From assembly GCA_037447605.1 (NCBI GenBank), contig CM074805.1, positions 3,567,361 through 3,631,360 on the forward strand: a stretch of 64,000 nucleotides of DNA, read 5' to 3'. Every line of letters starts with the position of its first letter. The first letter of the stretch is position 1. Shown one piece after another: positions 50,240 through 64,000 of this stretch. The position numbers and the translations under genes were made by a program. Under the pieces are notes generated by a model. It saw only the letters and a list, made by a program, of their open reading frames with translations, was not told where the DNA came from and made no database searches. The DNA is from Zygnema circumcarinatum SAG 698-1b (lineage: Eukaryota; Plantae; Zygnematophyceae).

Positions 50240-53200
50240 ATGAATCGTGTTTTGGAATTGGTTACTCAGGCCATGAAGCAGCAGAAGAGTGAAACTCTCA
50301 TGAAGCAGGACCTGAGGGACTTGTGCGAACGAGTGGATGAAGCAGTCTGCAGCAGCCCTAAGTTTGTTGAGGTAAGCCAAACGTGCATAATTGGTGGATT
50401 TCTGCTTTTGCGACACGTAACGGAGTGAGGACCTCAACCATTTATCAATTTACTTAAAAAAAATTGATTTAAGTACATTCAATGGCATTGCGCTCTGTAC
50501 AGGCCAGCCGCTTAGTGCTTGTCAAAGCATTCCCTATAAACTATAGCCTAAATGCGTCCCAAAGGAGAATTAGCACCTTCATTTTTATGATTCAGGATGA
50601 ACGCGACTAAAGAAAATTGATCATACTCATTGTGACCGCGACCTTTTATTCAAATAGACACAGCTGCACGAACAAACTGAGGCAATTTTACAATTTTTAC
50701 GATAGAGGTCGTATGTGTTCCTCGTTTTTCCTTAGTCACTGCACTTGTCCTTGATGCAATCCTGGAGCAACGAGCTTCTCCTTTTGTAAAGGGCAGTTCC
50801 ACTTCAGTTATAGGCTACAACTAGTGCATGTTCCGATAACAAGGATTTCATATAATTTTTTATCGGCATTGTGACGGCTAATACTAGGGACCTTATGCTG
50901 TACTCTAGAAAGTCATGACCAATTTACTGAGACGGGCGTATTGAGTGCTTGCCCCCAGTTTGTGGCGGAGTTGATGGATCCTTGTGGTCCGAACGCGAAG
51001 GATTCTGAAAAGGCGAATGAACACCGCTTAGTTGGGAATGAAAACTTCAAGTCGTCAATGTTTGACAAAGCTATTGAAAGCTACACCAAGGTGATGAAAT
51101 TTATTCTTTTATTCTCATGTCCTTCTTATCCGCAAGGTTTTTACCCTCGTCGCTTTCCCATTTCTGTTGGCTAAAGCCATCAGAATTGCTTGCCACTCCC
51201 CTTTTCTTTTCTCCCCCGCTCCCTCCCTTTCCCTCCCTCTCTCCTTCTCCTTCTTCCTCTCCCTCTGTCTCCCCCCCTCCCTCCGCGTCCACAGCAGAAC
51301 GACGGTTGCAGTTTTTCTCCCAGTTCCTCGATACATTTCCTGTTGCGTGTCGACTCGTGTTTTTTGCCTACGTAGGCTTTTGCCATGTTGTTTAGCAGTT
51401 TCGTAGAAGATAGGCTGTGCAGCCATGATGACGATCCGGATAATCCCAGCTCGCTTTGAGCTACTTGGTAGCGTTGAAGAAAGTTTTCCGTTCCTATCTC
51501 ACGTAATAAGCTGAATGGCTGCTGCTAGACGCCTTTCGAGAGTGAATTTATAAATTCTAGGAGTTTAAATAGGGCTCTCTTAAGCATGGGGTTATTTCTG
51601 TGTGGAATATGAATTTGCACGAATTCTGACGGCTGGTACTCAGAGCTTCGGCATGATGCACTGTTGTTGCTGTACGCAATTCTGAAGCTGGTGCCAATGT
51701 TTGATGCAGCATCATTCATCTCCGTGCACGGAGCTCCCGAGAGTGGTTAAGGTCTTTCCGAGCCCACCATCCTTGGCTGAATAATCAGGAGTGGATGCAG
51801 GCATTGCAATATTTGCCAGGCGATTGTTCCAAGCACTCTGCAGATGCTGCAAGGATATACGCAAATCGAGCAGCGTGCCTTATGGTAAGTCTCAAAGAGT
51901 CAAAAATCATAAGGGGCGTTCCAATACAGTTTAATCAAACAAGTTCATTTTAGCAACTTAATTGAAGGAGTTGAAGTCCGGAGCTTTATTTCTGAATGGT
52001 GTTCTAGTTTTTACATAGCTGTGTTGAGCACTAAGGTAGCATGACGTTTACACTGAAAGTGCCAAAATGTACAATTGATGAGGTGAGGCATCGAGGTTGG
52101 ATGATGTAAAGCCTTTTCCCTTATTTGCCGGTCAGTGAACATCTGCACTAATCGTTTCTTTAGAACTCAAAAATTTCTTATAGTGTTATATCTCCGGTGT
52201 GAATGGTGGGGAGTGCAGAAAGCTGGTGAGATAGAAGCTGCTGTTCTGGATTGTACACGTGCAATAAGTCACGATGAAAAATATTCGAAGGTACCTTTGC
52301 CGAAGCTCGCACTGTTGAACTACTAGCCTTCATTGCTCATGTAAATGCAGTGTTATTTTTTTCAAGTAAGATAGGGATGAGAAATGGATCACGGACCCTT
52401 TCGCACGCAAATTGAGGGTACGGGTCCACATCTGGATATTTTCAAACAAATCTGCAAAAAATGCAGCAATTTTAGTCAAATTAGAAAAAAATTGCCTTCT
52501 TAAGAAGAATTCTGTACGAGGAACAGTTTGACAGGTGAATTTGTTAGGAAATTGTGGGACTAGAATTCTGTTGTCAATGATGCGGGCCTTCAATCGATCT
52601 GCTGGGCGTTATAGTCTATGGGTTTCTTTTAAGTGCTCAAAGGTTTGCCAAGCTTTTGGAATTTCTTTTTTTGCGAAGCACTTCATGTAATGTTTGTGCA
52701 GGCCTGGTTTCGCAGAGGATCTGCTTTGGCAACTGATGGCCGATGGGAAGCTGCGAAGTCTGATCTTGAGACTGCGCTTCAACTTGAGGCGCTGGCATTA
52801 TCAGCTCCTGGAGTGAAGCAGGTGACGTTAGAGCTGGCAAAAGTGAAGGCTGCAATTGGCGAAACATCTTCATGTTCGACAGTCATTGCAGAGCAATGTG
52901 ACAGCAATCAGACTGAAGCCGACCGAATGGGAGATACAAGAAAAGGGCCCGTCAGTGTGAATAGCCCTTTATCGGGGGGAACCCCTGAACAGTCTGCACG
53001 TGAAGATGAGGGACAACTTGGTGATGGGCAGGAGGGTGTGACGATGTTGTGGACGGCGGAACGAGGCAGAGGACTGGGTGCAACCAAGGGTTTGTATGCT
53101 GGCGAGTTGTTCCTTTCTGAAGCACCATATGCTGCGGTGAGTCCTCCGTTCACTTGAAGTTTAAGACTAGCAAAGTACATCCCATTTTTCGAATACCTTA

Positions 53201-56200
53201 GAAGGATGACGATAACAATTTCCGGATAACAATTCTGACAAGGGTCAAAGAATTCAATGGCTAAGCCTTCCTCGAAGACTGTGAAAGATTGGACCTTCAA
53301 TGCCGTGTAGGTCACATGGTTGAATGGTTAAACGTTAGGTGTCTGCCTCTTTTTCTGGGCATCTAATTAAAAACACTTACTACTGAGCGTTTACAATTCA
53401 CTGACGGTGGGCATGGTGTATGATAGAAAATGCAGTACTTTTTTGCTGAAAGACACAAGAAAGGCCGTTGCTTGAGAGTGTTGCCTCTAAGCCAAATTAG
53501 GTCAATCATTGTTTCCATCTGTTTATTTGACCTCGTGCACATTGTTACTTTTCACTCGACGTTATGGATGAGTCACAAAGGGATTGTCTCTGTCCCTTAT
53601 CCTGTCCCTTGCTGGTTGGTCCCTCCAGGTTTTGCGCAAGAATCTGCGACGCTGCAGATGCCATTTTTGTTTCCAGTGCTTGCCACCAAATCCTATTCCA
53701 TGCCGTGGATGCTACCTTCCTCTCTACTGCAATGAAGCTTGCCGAAAGTCGGCATGGGTGGGTAACAGAAGGCCCTTGTCCGACGGTTCAAAGAGATTCA
53801 AGGAAGTGGATAAATGTGAAAAGGGAGAAATTGACGAATGCATCCAAGACAAAGCCAGCAAAGCAGGAATTGTAGAAGACTACAGAAGAAGAGTTGATTC
53901 GAAGCAGGATGTAGCATCGGTCGATCGAGATTTCTCCGGGCAAGTTGAAATACTGGAAATGAGGACGGGAAAAACCTGGGGAGAGCATAGGCACGAGTGC
54001 GGAGGCACGAGTTGGGCATTTGTACTTCCTGAAAAAGCAGCAGTTGCTGCTAGAATGTTTGTTCGGCAGACATGTGAGGAGAGCTTTGAAAAGATTGAAG
54101 AAGCTGAGGAAAGGCAGGAAGAAACAGGTTCGAGGGATATCCCAAGTGGAAACACGAGGAGAGCTTTTGGAGTCGATTGTGAGCGACGTACGAGTGAAAA
54201 TTCGGACCGTTTAGCTCAGTCCTTAAAACGGGAGGAAGCAAGGCTTGAGTCCTGTGGCAGGGAAATTGGTGACGGGTCATTTTGGCAGAAACAGAGTCTC
54301 TGGAAAAAGGTGAGAAAGCATTTCGAAACTGGTAACTTACCTTCTTGCTGTCTGCTAAGTCAAGAAGTAGAGTTAGTACTTGTGCATTTCCACTTTTTCC
54401 TGAAAGATTCAGCAGCTTTGTGCATATTGTTCATGCTCCTGGAAGGAACTTTTCTTTACCTTAATTGTGAATCTTCAGAATTCTCAATCCGTTCAGTTTA
54501 TCAGGCATTAAAAAGAAACAGGTGTGATTGGTACAGGTGCAATCCCTTCAGGACCATATGGAGCTTATCCCCGATGCTGAGATGTTGGACCTTATGGCAT
54601 TGTCTTTGGTGGTCTCCTACTGTGTACGGCACAGTCTCTGTCGCATAGTGGAGTCGCTTGAGCCGAAAGCAGTTGCAGTAGAATATGTTGGAAGAGAGTT
54701 TGCTGCTAGAAGGGATGCAGCGGATTATGACTGCTATGCAATGAAGGAGATGTATCGAAGGGCCTGCAGCAAGACTACAGCGTGGAAATTGTTTCGGACT
54801 TTCGGTGTCTTGCGTGTCAACTCCATGGCAGTCAAAGGTTTCCCGTTTGGGAAGGGGCTGGAGGGCTCGACTTTCTTCACTGGGGCTGAAGGCCAACAGA
54901 GACGAAAGACTTATTCTTCTGCTGTGGAATCGTTTAATGAGGTATGGATACAGCGATGATTCACCATGCTGGAAGAACAATGCTCGTCTCAGAAAATCTA
55001 TTAACCGTGAGCGAAGCAGAATGACACGTGTGGCGATTATTGACAGAGATTAATGTATCCATTATGTGACTGACTTTACAAAGGCGAAGGAAAAAATTGT
55101 TGTATACTCTTTGAAGTTCACCCATCAGCGTTGTCCTGCTATCTATGTACTTGTGACCAGGAGAGGCGATATTATGCTTGCTTATTAAGAGTACACTGTG
55201 CTGTATCTTAAAAGCCTGTCTGACTGCATAGCGATTAGCTCCCCTCACCATCATCATCTCAGACAATGGAAGTTAACTGGCATGATTTTCTCTACTTTTG
55301 CAGGAGGAATTAGGAACGGCTGTGTATCCGACAGCCAGTTTGTTGAACCATTCATGCGATCCCAATGCCTTCATCACTTTCAATGGTCGAATTCTGAATG
55401 CCCGGGCAGTGCAAACAGTCGCAGGTGGTGTTCCTTTGGAAATCAGCTACGGACCTCAGGTATGCATCTTGTCGTCTTTTTGTTTTGGAGGAATTTGGAG
55501 AATGCTGTGATTGATATTAAAGCTTTTGTTTGACCCTCCCTGTTTTTCTCACTGAGACTAAAGACTCCATATGGATGAGTGGTGCTGATTGTTTTCTTTT
55601 GAGGCGGCTAACCATGATATGGGAGAAGATATCACTAGCTGACTTTTCAGTCTACAATATATAGCACAACCTCTTAGGTACAAACAGTGTCACTTGTGCC
55701 ATGGACGGGGAACTTTTGCTTCTCGTAATAATCAACTTCCGTGTTCATCGCCCATTCGTTACCCGTTCTGCACTCTTCTGCGAGCCATGACTTGTCGCAT
55801 TTCTTGATGACTGACTGATCCGGAACGCCTAACTGACTGTTTTGGTCCTCCTATCGGGTTACTTTTTCCCCTCCAAACACGTGGCAGTCTGGCAGGTCTT
55901 TGACACACAGCTGTCCTTTAACAACCTATGCCCATTCAGAATGTTATTCTTAGCATACTACGGCGCAGGGATCTGTGGGATGTGCTGGTGTTGAGTTGTT
56001 GAAGTTGAAAGTAACAAAACGCCAACTTTGATTGCCATGCAGAAAGGAGAGGCCACTGTAGCTGAGCGTCGTAAGCAACTGGCAGAGCAGTGGGGCTTCG
56101 TTTGTTCTTGTTCAGCCTGTACCAATAATGACGTATTAGATTTGACCCTGTGGGGTTATCGATGTCAGACTCCTGGCTGCTTCGGCGTAGTTCCTGGACC

Positions 56201-57795
56201 AAATACATTGGAGGATGATCTTGAGTACTCTGTTTGCAGAACTGAAGGAGGTGAGGGAGATCCCATGCCCATTATGGCTTTGTAGCAGTTGCGGAATCTG
56301 TGTATAGTAGGTAACGGTGCAAGAATTAGAAGGGCGTAGCGATGAAACGGAGCTTGGGACTGGTTGGCCGAAGGTCAGTAATGAATGCCCTACTGTACTA
56401 CATCTTTAGCTTCGAAACTGAGATTAGACCATTTGGGGATGCAGGACTCCAACAGCATGATGTTACGAGGTATACGAAAAAGAAAGCCAAGGTAGGAACA
56501 TGTTGCACTTGTGGAACGGACGCTGACATTCACCGGCTGCAAACCTTGGAACAAGCAGAGATTCACCAGTTGACGAGGTGAGCCTATCTTCTCTAGTGAT
56601 GCTTGATTGCTGTTGCATGAGCTATGAATTTGGAAGCTGATGGAATTACAGATTGGTGTCATTCTCACGTGCCAAAAGAGATAACGAAAACGATCTTCTT
56701 GCATACCTACTGTATTGCCTTTTATGGTGCTGCTCCGCCGTTCACGCATGATTTGATGGTTGTTCACGTTCTTCGGAGCGCCTACCCTTCTACTTCTTGC
56801 CTTTTTTAAATAATGAACCACTTGCAATTGTCGTGAATCAGAATCATTCGGAGTTTTTCGGACAACACGAAGGGGCAAGAAATAGGACAGGCCGAGCTCC
56901 CATTGCAACCGAATCTGAAGGCAGGGAATGCTACCTCGAGGCTGTTGAGGTCCTCGCTTACTTCCCTTGAAGCAGTGTTACATCCATATAACCGAGTTCT
57001 AGCACAGGTACCACTCGATACAGCTGCCCTTATTCATCAGTGAAATGAAACGATGTGGCTGGCAAGGGTTTGCTGTATTGATGTAGTAGCTGGCGTAGGC
57101 AAATGGTTATAGGCTTGGCTGTTTTGCTGCTGTACAACTTAAGACTAGATTGATGTATGGAAACGTAGTTCTTCAAAACCTTACATTGGTCAGTCATAAG
57201 TTGTATTCAACCAATGTGGTTGGCTATAAGTAGCTAGCTCTCTTTTAGGATTTTCATGTCTACACCACTTCAAGAGTCACATTACACATTTTTCATTTTT
57301 CACATTTTTTTCGAGTGGTGGTTGACAAGTTGCCCAGCATCATTTGGTGGGGTGGCAGTGGAACGATCGCATAGCAGAGGCGTTTTGTCACTTTGGACTG
57401 CACGCTTTGGCTGAGCCATATCTGAGGGCGAGCATAGATGTAAGTCTCTTGCTCTGGGCATGTCAGGATGACCATTCTCTCTCCCTGTCAATGTGCACAA
57501 CTGCAACCTGTTGTAAGGAAAAGCTTGCCAAAAGGTTTGCTATTCGGCTGACATGTTGTTTTGGGAAAGAAAAATATATCTTTTGGTTCTGAAGCACACG
57601 CACCTGTCTGCTTTCGGGTTTGGCGATGGACAGATTTTACAACATCATCATCCTTCGGACAGTGTCGTTCTGGCTCATGAAAGAGCGAAACTGGCCTCTG
57701 TACTGCACGCCGTGTCCAAGAGCGTTGAAGCGCAGAGAGAGAGGGCGCTTGCCGAGGAAGTTTTTGTGCGCTACTACGGTCCGCCTTGTGGCTAG
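50240..57795 (+). CDS. TPR + SET + MYND protein (SMYD4-like lysine methyltransferase)
   Basis: TPRs (GNENFK..AIESYTKAL, YANRAAC, AWFRRG); ERGRGL..EAPYAA; MYND CHFCF..PIPCRGC..LYCNEAC..HRHEC; AVYPTASLLNHSCDPN; ISYGP; post-SET FVCSCSAC. Confidence 0.92.
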
Positions 57796-59510
57796 CCGGC
57801 TACCCAGCCTCGCTTGGCTGTGCGCAGTTACAGTTGCTACACAGTTAGTTCCGTGGGGATGACTGGAGCATAGAAACTCGAAGCCCTTCATCCAGTCGGA
57901 AACAAAAATGATAAAAAAAAAATTGGAAAAAAAAAGGGATTCTTTCTATCTTTCTGTGTCGTTCATTCATACGGTTTCGGAAGGTGCACTTTTTTATGTG
58001 TTAAATAAAAACATTCCCGTTTTATATACACTTCCAGGCTACTACCAATGCCTGCGCTGCATCCATCCGTTTCGCGCACATACCAACGGGGCTGCGATTG
58101 GCCCCTTTTACCACGTTTACACGTGTCGAATTCTAACTGGAAGATGCTCAACCTAAAGTTCGGGATATATTTCCCGGGACGCACTAACGGCACAGCGCAA
58201 AGTCACCGATTTCACATACCAATTCTCCGTCCTCCAATTGGGCTGCGAGTTGGCAGATACGCCTGCGACACGTTTGCCATACGACAAAATACACCGCCTA
58301 CCGCGGCAGTGTTGTATCTCTCGGATGCTGTGCCAAGATGCATGTCACGCCAGGAGGGCCACGTGGCAGTATGTCATTGGCTTTGCAAATTTGGTCACGC
58401 ACAATCGTTCGTAGAGCTTCAAAATCTCAAGGTCGTTATTATTCCAGATCCTTCCAAACAAGAATCTTGACATGTAGATATGAATCAGATAAATGACGTG
58501 TCAAATCCGTCGAGATTGGCTATCATTCGTCCATGGCAATCTACGAGGACTCATAAAGATACGCACAATCTAAATGCGAAATCTGTGATTCCTTCATTCA
58601 AGCTTTTGAGACCGTACTGTCTGTACAAACGGCTACCGGCCAAATTACCCAAAACGACAATTGCCGGATGTCCGTCAGCTCGAGCTTACAGCAGATGAGC
58701 CTCCCCCGCTACGCGTTGAAAAGCGAGGCCTTTACACGCGTGAAGTGTCCATTTTTCACGTGCGAGGAACGCCAATGACGGGAAACCATGTGGAGGCGCA
58801 ATGCTGGCCGCTGACGGCTCCGCAAACGGCCAAAAGAGAGCTGCGCGGCGGGCGCACAGAAGCGCCGCCGCTGAGAGGGAGGGGCACCGCTGGCTTGCAG
58901 CTGCTGCTCTGCGTTCTGGGGCGAGGAGGGAGAGAGAGAGAGAGGGAGAGAGAGGGAGTGGGTGAGGGAGGGGTCGGAGAGAGAGGGAGAGTGTGAGAGA
59001 GGGAGAGAGGGAGAGAGTGAGGAAGAGAGAGGGAGGGAACGGGAGAGAGAGGGAGAGGGTGAGGGAAGGTGGAAGAGAGGGAAAGTGAGGGAAATCGATT
59101 GAGGGAGAGAGAGGGAGAGTGTGAGTGGAGGGTGAAAGCGAGAGAGAGAGAGGCGGAGCAATGACTGCAAGCGGGAGGAGTTGGGCGGCGGTCGTTGGGG
59201 CGCTCTACGCTGCACTGCTCCAGTCCTTGCTGCCCGCCGCGGTACGTTCAGGCTTCTCAGGCGGCGCAAATACTTCAGCAGACAGACTTGCTTTGGTATC
59301 ACATTTTTCGCGGTTCGAATTCCTTGCAATGAAAGCGAGAAAACATCACAATTTTTGCACCCGTAGCCCCCATAATTTGCTATTAGCTAATTTCCTATCT
59401 GCCTGCGAGCGCGTTTCTCAGAGCGGCAACTCCATTGCGACAAGTGCTGGGACGGCTCCTTCAGCGGCACGCTCGACCTCCTGGACGCGCTCACGTCTGT
59501 ACGGGCTCCA

Positions 59511-60290
<780 letters not shown>

Positions 60291-61647
60291 TTGACTCTTT
60301 GAACACCTTTGTATCCTTTTCCTTCTCCTTCTCCTTCTGCCTCCGTCTATTCCTTTCTGTCACTCACCCTTTACAGACTAGGCTTTTCTGCCTTTGTTGC
60401 TCTCTACCATAGTCTCTTCTTTTTCCCGTACTTCTCTCCCTTCCAGTTGTCTCTAATCATTCTAGTTCTCTACCTTTCCCCTCTCCCTTCCCCCTAGTTT
60501 TCGCTCTACCAAGCCTTTCTCTCGTTCATCCTTCTCTCTCAACTCTTTCCATCCACCTTCCTCGTTGCCCTCCCAAGTTTCTTCCTTTCTCCCTCCCACC
60601 CTCCCTCCCCTCTCTCTCTGTCTCCCTCCCTCTCATCCTCCCTCCCCCTTACCCTCCTCCAGGGTAACGCATGGATCAGCGCCATGACTCTCAACTTGGC
60701 CTCCACCTCCGCCGACATCAGCCTTGGCGTGCTACGCCTTCTCCATTCGGGACGCGAGCTGCCCGCCATGGCTGCCCCCTCTCCCGGGGGAGTGGGAGTC
60801 CCCCACTACACTGGGGCCGAAGGCTCCCGCTTCGAATTTTCAGGTAATCTATGGTGTTTCAGGATCAATTAAAATAATACGTAAGGTTGTTATACTTTTT
60901 GGGTTCTTAGCCTTGTAAGTGTTCAGCGGCAAAGCCATGAAATCGTTGAACATGGCCTAATGGTAATACAAGTAGCGATGACTGTTGCAAATTCTTCAAA
61001 GTTGATGGCTGTAGATGTGTGCATTGTGAGCAGGCGAACCCAACGCCACCTTTTGCCTCGTCAGTTAATCTTGGTGATCAAGTAAGGCGTGTTGAAGTTG
61101 ATAATAAAGAATCAACAATTGCTGATCGCCCCTCTAGTATGAGTTCTATGGCGGCCGCTATGGGCGGTGGGGCAGCAACCCGCACAAGGCCCTCACATGG
61201 GTCTGCCAAATCGGCATCCATTGGGGCCACCACACCATCCAGCTGGCGGCACGAGAAGGCACCAGGTGGCAGTACGATGGTGGCTATCTGCCCCGCCTCA
61301 TGATCGACGGTCAGGATGTGGAGCTCGGGCAGGCGGGAGACTACGCCCTCCGCCGCCATGGCGACATTGAAGTGAAGCGAAGAAGAAGAAGGAGAAGAAT
61401 AAGCGAAGCGAAGAAGTGAAGCGGCTCGCGGCGAAGAGGCGCAGCGGCGATGACTTTGGGGACGTGTTCCACATCAAGGTCGCGGATGTGCTGAGTTTGA
61501 GGCTTGCATTCAGGCCGGAAATCGCGATGTTGAGGACCCCCACGGACGGCGTTGCGCTCTTCGACTTTGAAATGGCGGTGGCCGGCTTGTGGGATGATGC
61601 GCATGGGGTTTTAGGGCAGACCTTCCGCTCCGACCTCAAGGATAAAC

Positions 61648-62314
61648 TGTTAGTGAGTGGTACATAGTTCATGAAGAGCATGTAGTTGTTTCGGAGTCTA
61701 GTTCGCATGCTAGTCTAGGATCTACATATCAGGTGGAGCATGTGGCGCATTCTGATTGGCCGCTGCATAGGCGCGGAGCGCTGTGATTGGTCGTGTTACG
61801 TGGCGCTCGGAGATGTACGTGATTGTACGGACGGGGAGCTCCAGAAAACTCGCGGCGTTCCTTTTGCCGGAAAATTATTGGCTTGCAAGGCGCGCAGTGG
61901 CGTGACGTGACGGAGAGTGTTCCGGAAGTCACGTCACACTGTGACTGATAAATTACGATGCAAATGAGCGAGCTGTAACCCTTAGTGCAGGCTGCTAGGT
62001 GCAGAGTAGAGGCTTGCCAGTGTGTGGTGAAGCTTTACAGCATAAGGGGGACACTCTTGTAGTGGAGTAGAGAAGCGCAGGAGGGGCTCTTGTTGTGTTC
62101 TTGTACTCCGTTTTGAAGTTAAGAGTTTTCAGCATTTGTGCATTCTCTTATCTTCTGAATCTTCGATCTGTTCATTCATTCTTTGCTTGGGGCAGTCTTT
62201 GCTTTGTGAGTGTGATTCTGTGTTTCCGCAAGGCTGGCGTCTCCTAGTCCAAGGAGTAGTGGGATGTCATCCTCGGAGGGATCCTCTACTAGGACCGGAG
62301 GCTCCACATCTACA
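61648..62314. mobile_element. Solo LTR, 667 bp
   Basis: Starts TGTTAG and ends TCTACA, flanked by the 5-bp TSD TAAAC (61643-61647 and 62315-62319); removing it restores an exon/GTACGC donor junction. Confidence 0.8.
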
Positions 62315-62782
62315 TAAACTGTACGCGCTGACAGAAACAAATCAAGCAAATTCCCTCCTTTTTCTTATCCTTTTTTGCCATACCTGCAACGAGTCATGCC
62401 GTGGTTTGCCTAGTATATAATCAGAGCCCAACTACGGATTAAAATCGTGGTTTATTTGACTGACACGTTGATTTAAGAATGACATTTGGGTTGTAGGGCT
62501 AACGAAAAGCCGGAATACAGTGAGTTTTTTGGGGCCGAAGTGGTGCCGGGAGATGATGCTGAAGGCTTCTTGGATGGAGCCGTGGAATAGAGTTTCGTTT
62601 GCAGGTATGAGGGAGAGGAGGGATTTTGTTTGTTGGATTTGCTAATGCTTAGGAGTTTGTGGGGCGTTTTACAAGAGGTGGTCCTTTTAACGGCAGGTGT
62701 TGGCAGCTTGATGACGCACAATGCGGCAAAGCATTGCATGTATCGCTTACTTGATGCGCAACGTATTTTGACAGCAAGATGC

Positions 62783-62856
62783 GGCATTGAGCTCACGATG
62801 GCGATGATGTCATCACATGTACATGGACAAAATCAGCATGGGGAACCACGAGGAAC
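62783..62856 (+). repeat. Short dispersed repeat; other copies at 16243-16315, partial at 9086-9135 and 9207-9228
   Basis: Shared GGCAtTgATCTCACgATGGCGA...ATGTACATGGACAAAA.CA.CATGGGGAACCACGAGGAAC. Confidence 0.8.
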
Positions 62857-63477
62857 TGGTCGCAAAGGACCTAAGCACAAATGAAAAAAGTTAGGAGTGG
62901 ACAACTACGCCTCGCCTCCACAACGAAGCCCTCCCTCGAAGCAGCCGCGAAGGTCGCCGATCGATGCGTGCCACATCGCGTGCGAAATTGGCACATTGAC
63001 GAATTTGTATATTAGATAAAGAAAAATTGTTTTCATTTCTTCGCCTGTTGATCCACGCTTCAAGCAATAGTATGCAGCACCGAGTAATTGATGCATGAAC
63101 AATTCCCTTTCAGTGCTCGAGGCTTTGTTCGAGGCTTTGTAAGGTTCTAGTTTTATTTGATTTTTCAAATAAATTGAAGGGCCCTTCGTCCTGAGGGAGG
63201 GCAGACGCAACCTGTTCCCTCGTCGTCCGCCCGTCGCGGCCCGCTCAGATTTTGAAAAAAGAGCTGTTCGCCTTTGAAGGTTGAACAGCAGAAATACACA
63301 CACGCTCGAATTTTACTTTTTCCTTTCTCAACTCGCTGACAGCCTGGACCCGCCCCGTGGTTCCCTGCGAGCTCTCGCCTGGACCTGTGAACAGCGCTTC
63401 TGCTGTCCGCCCACACAACTGTGCTGCGCGTAACCGATTTGTCCTGTAACCTTAACAAACTGCACGGGACCAATAGC

Positions 63478-63479
<2 letters not shown>

Positions 63480-63522
<43 letters not shown>

Positions 63523-63546
63523 GAGAGAGAGAGAGCGAGAGAGAGG
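63480..63546. repeat. (GA)n microsatellite
   Basis: Visible dinucleotide tract; similar tracts at 16368-16390, 36600-36735 and 58930-59150. Confidence 0.95.
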
Positions 63547-64000
63547 GGGCGGGGAGGTCGTGAGAGGTGCTGCACAGTCAGTCCATAGTGCGAACGTGAC
63601 CAAACGAGCCAATGGCGTGCGTCGCATTACGAAAGGAACATCGCATATCGCCGATATATGCTCAGTACGTCGCATTTCGGAACACTACTGATGTTGAACG
63701 AAATAATAATGTAAGCACCAAGCCTGGCCCTTATTTAGATTACCACTGCACTTGGACAACAAAAATATGAGATAAATGCATGGAAACAGCCGCAGTTCGA
63801 AATTCCGTGCGTTCCTCCCTCCAAGTTTTTCGTGACAAACCGCAGAAATGTGACCCGAAGTCCAATAATTCTGCTAGAGTGCGGCGGTTGCAAATGGGGG
63901 CTAAGAGCCAAAAGGGCTACGGTACCGTGCTTCCCTGCAGGCGGCCTGCATGCTTCCCCACCTCCCTCCCTCCTTGCAGCAGGACGTGGGGGCGCTCTGC

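Overview
Gene-dense, intron-rich eukaryotic nuclear DNA from a green plant (nuclear PsbR, fibrillin FBN5, BOR). My inference is a streptophyte alga, plausibly a zygnematophyte, based on the algal-type root-cap protein and the TTTT(T)AGGG repeats. Spliced genes reconstructed by hand, in order: VPS51 3' end (+), borate/bicarbonate transporter BOR (-), an intronless 1551-aa Myb/coiled-coil/RS-repeat ORF (-) and its intronless R2R3-Myb paralog (-), long-chain prenyl-diphosphate synthase (+), RPS19 (-), erlin (+), a 924-aa DMP/DUF679-like 4-TM protein (-), CutA (-), FBN5 (-), MIA40 (+), PsbR (-), a TPR-SET-MYND SMYD4-like gene (+) and a disrupted root-cap-domain gene (+). Non-coding features: a solo LTR inserted at a splice donor, a MITE-like element with TIR and TSD, interstitial T4-5AG3 arrays, a U12-type intron, two GC-AG introns, a perfect 22-bp intronic hairpin, a dispersed short repeat, GTAC clusters and a ~780-bp (CT)n tract. 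The best candidates for undescribed biology are the tandem Myb/coiled-coil pair and the very large DMP-like membrane protein. All family assignments come from recalled motifs, not from database searches.
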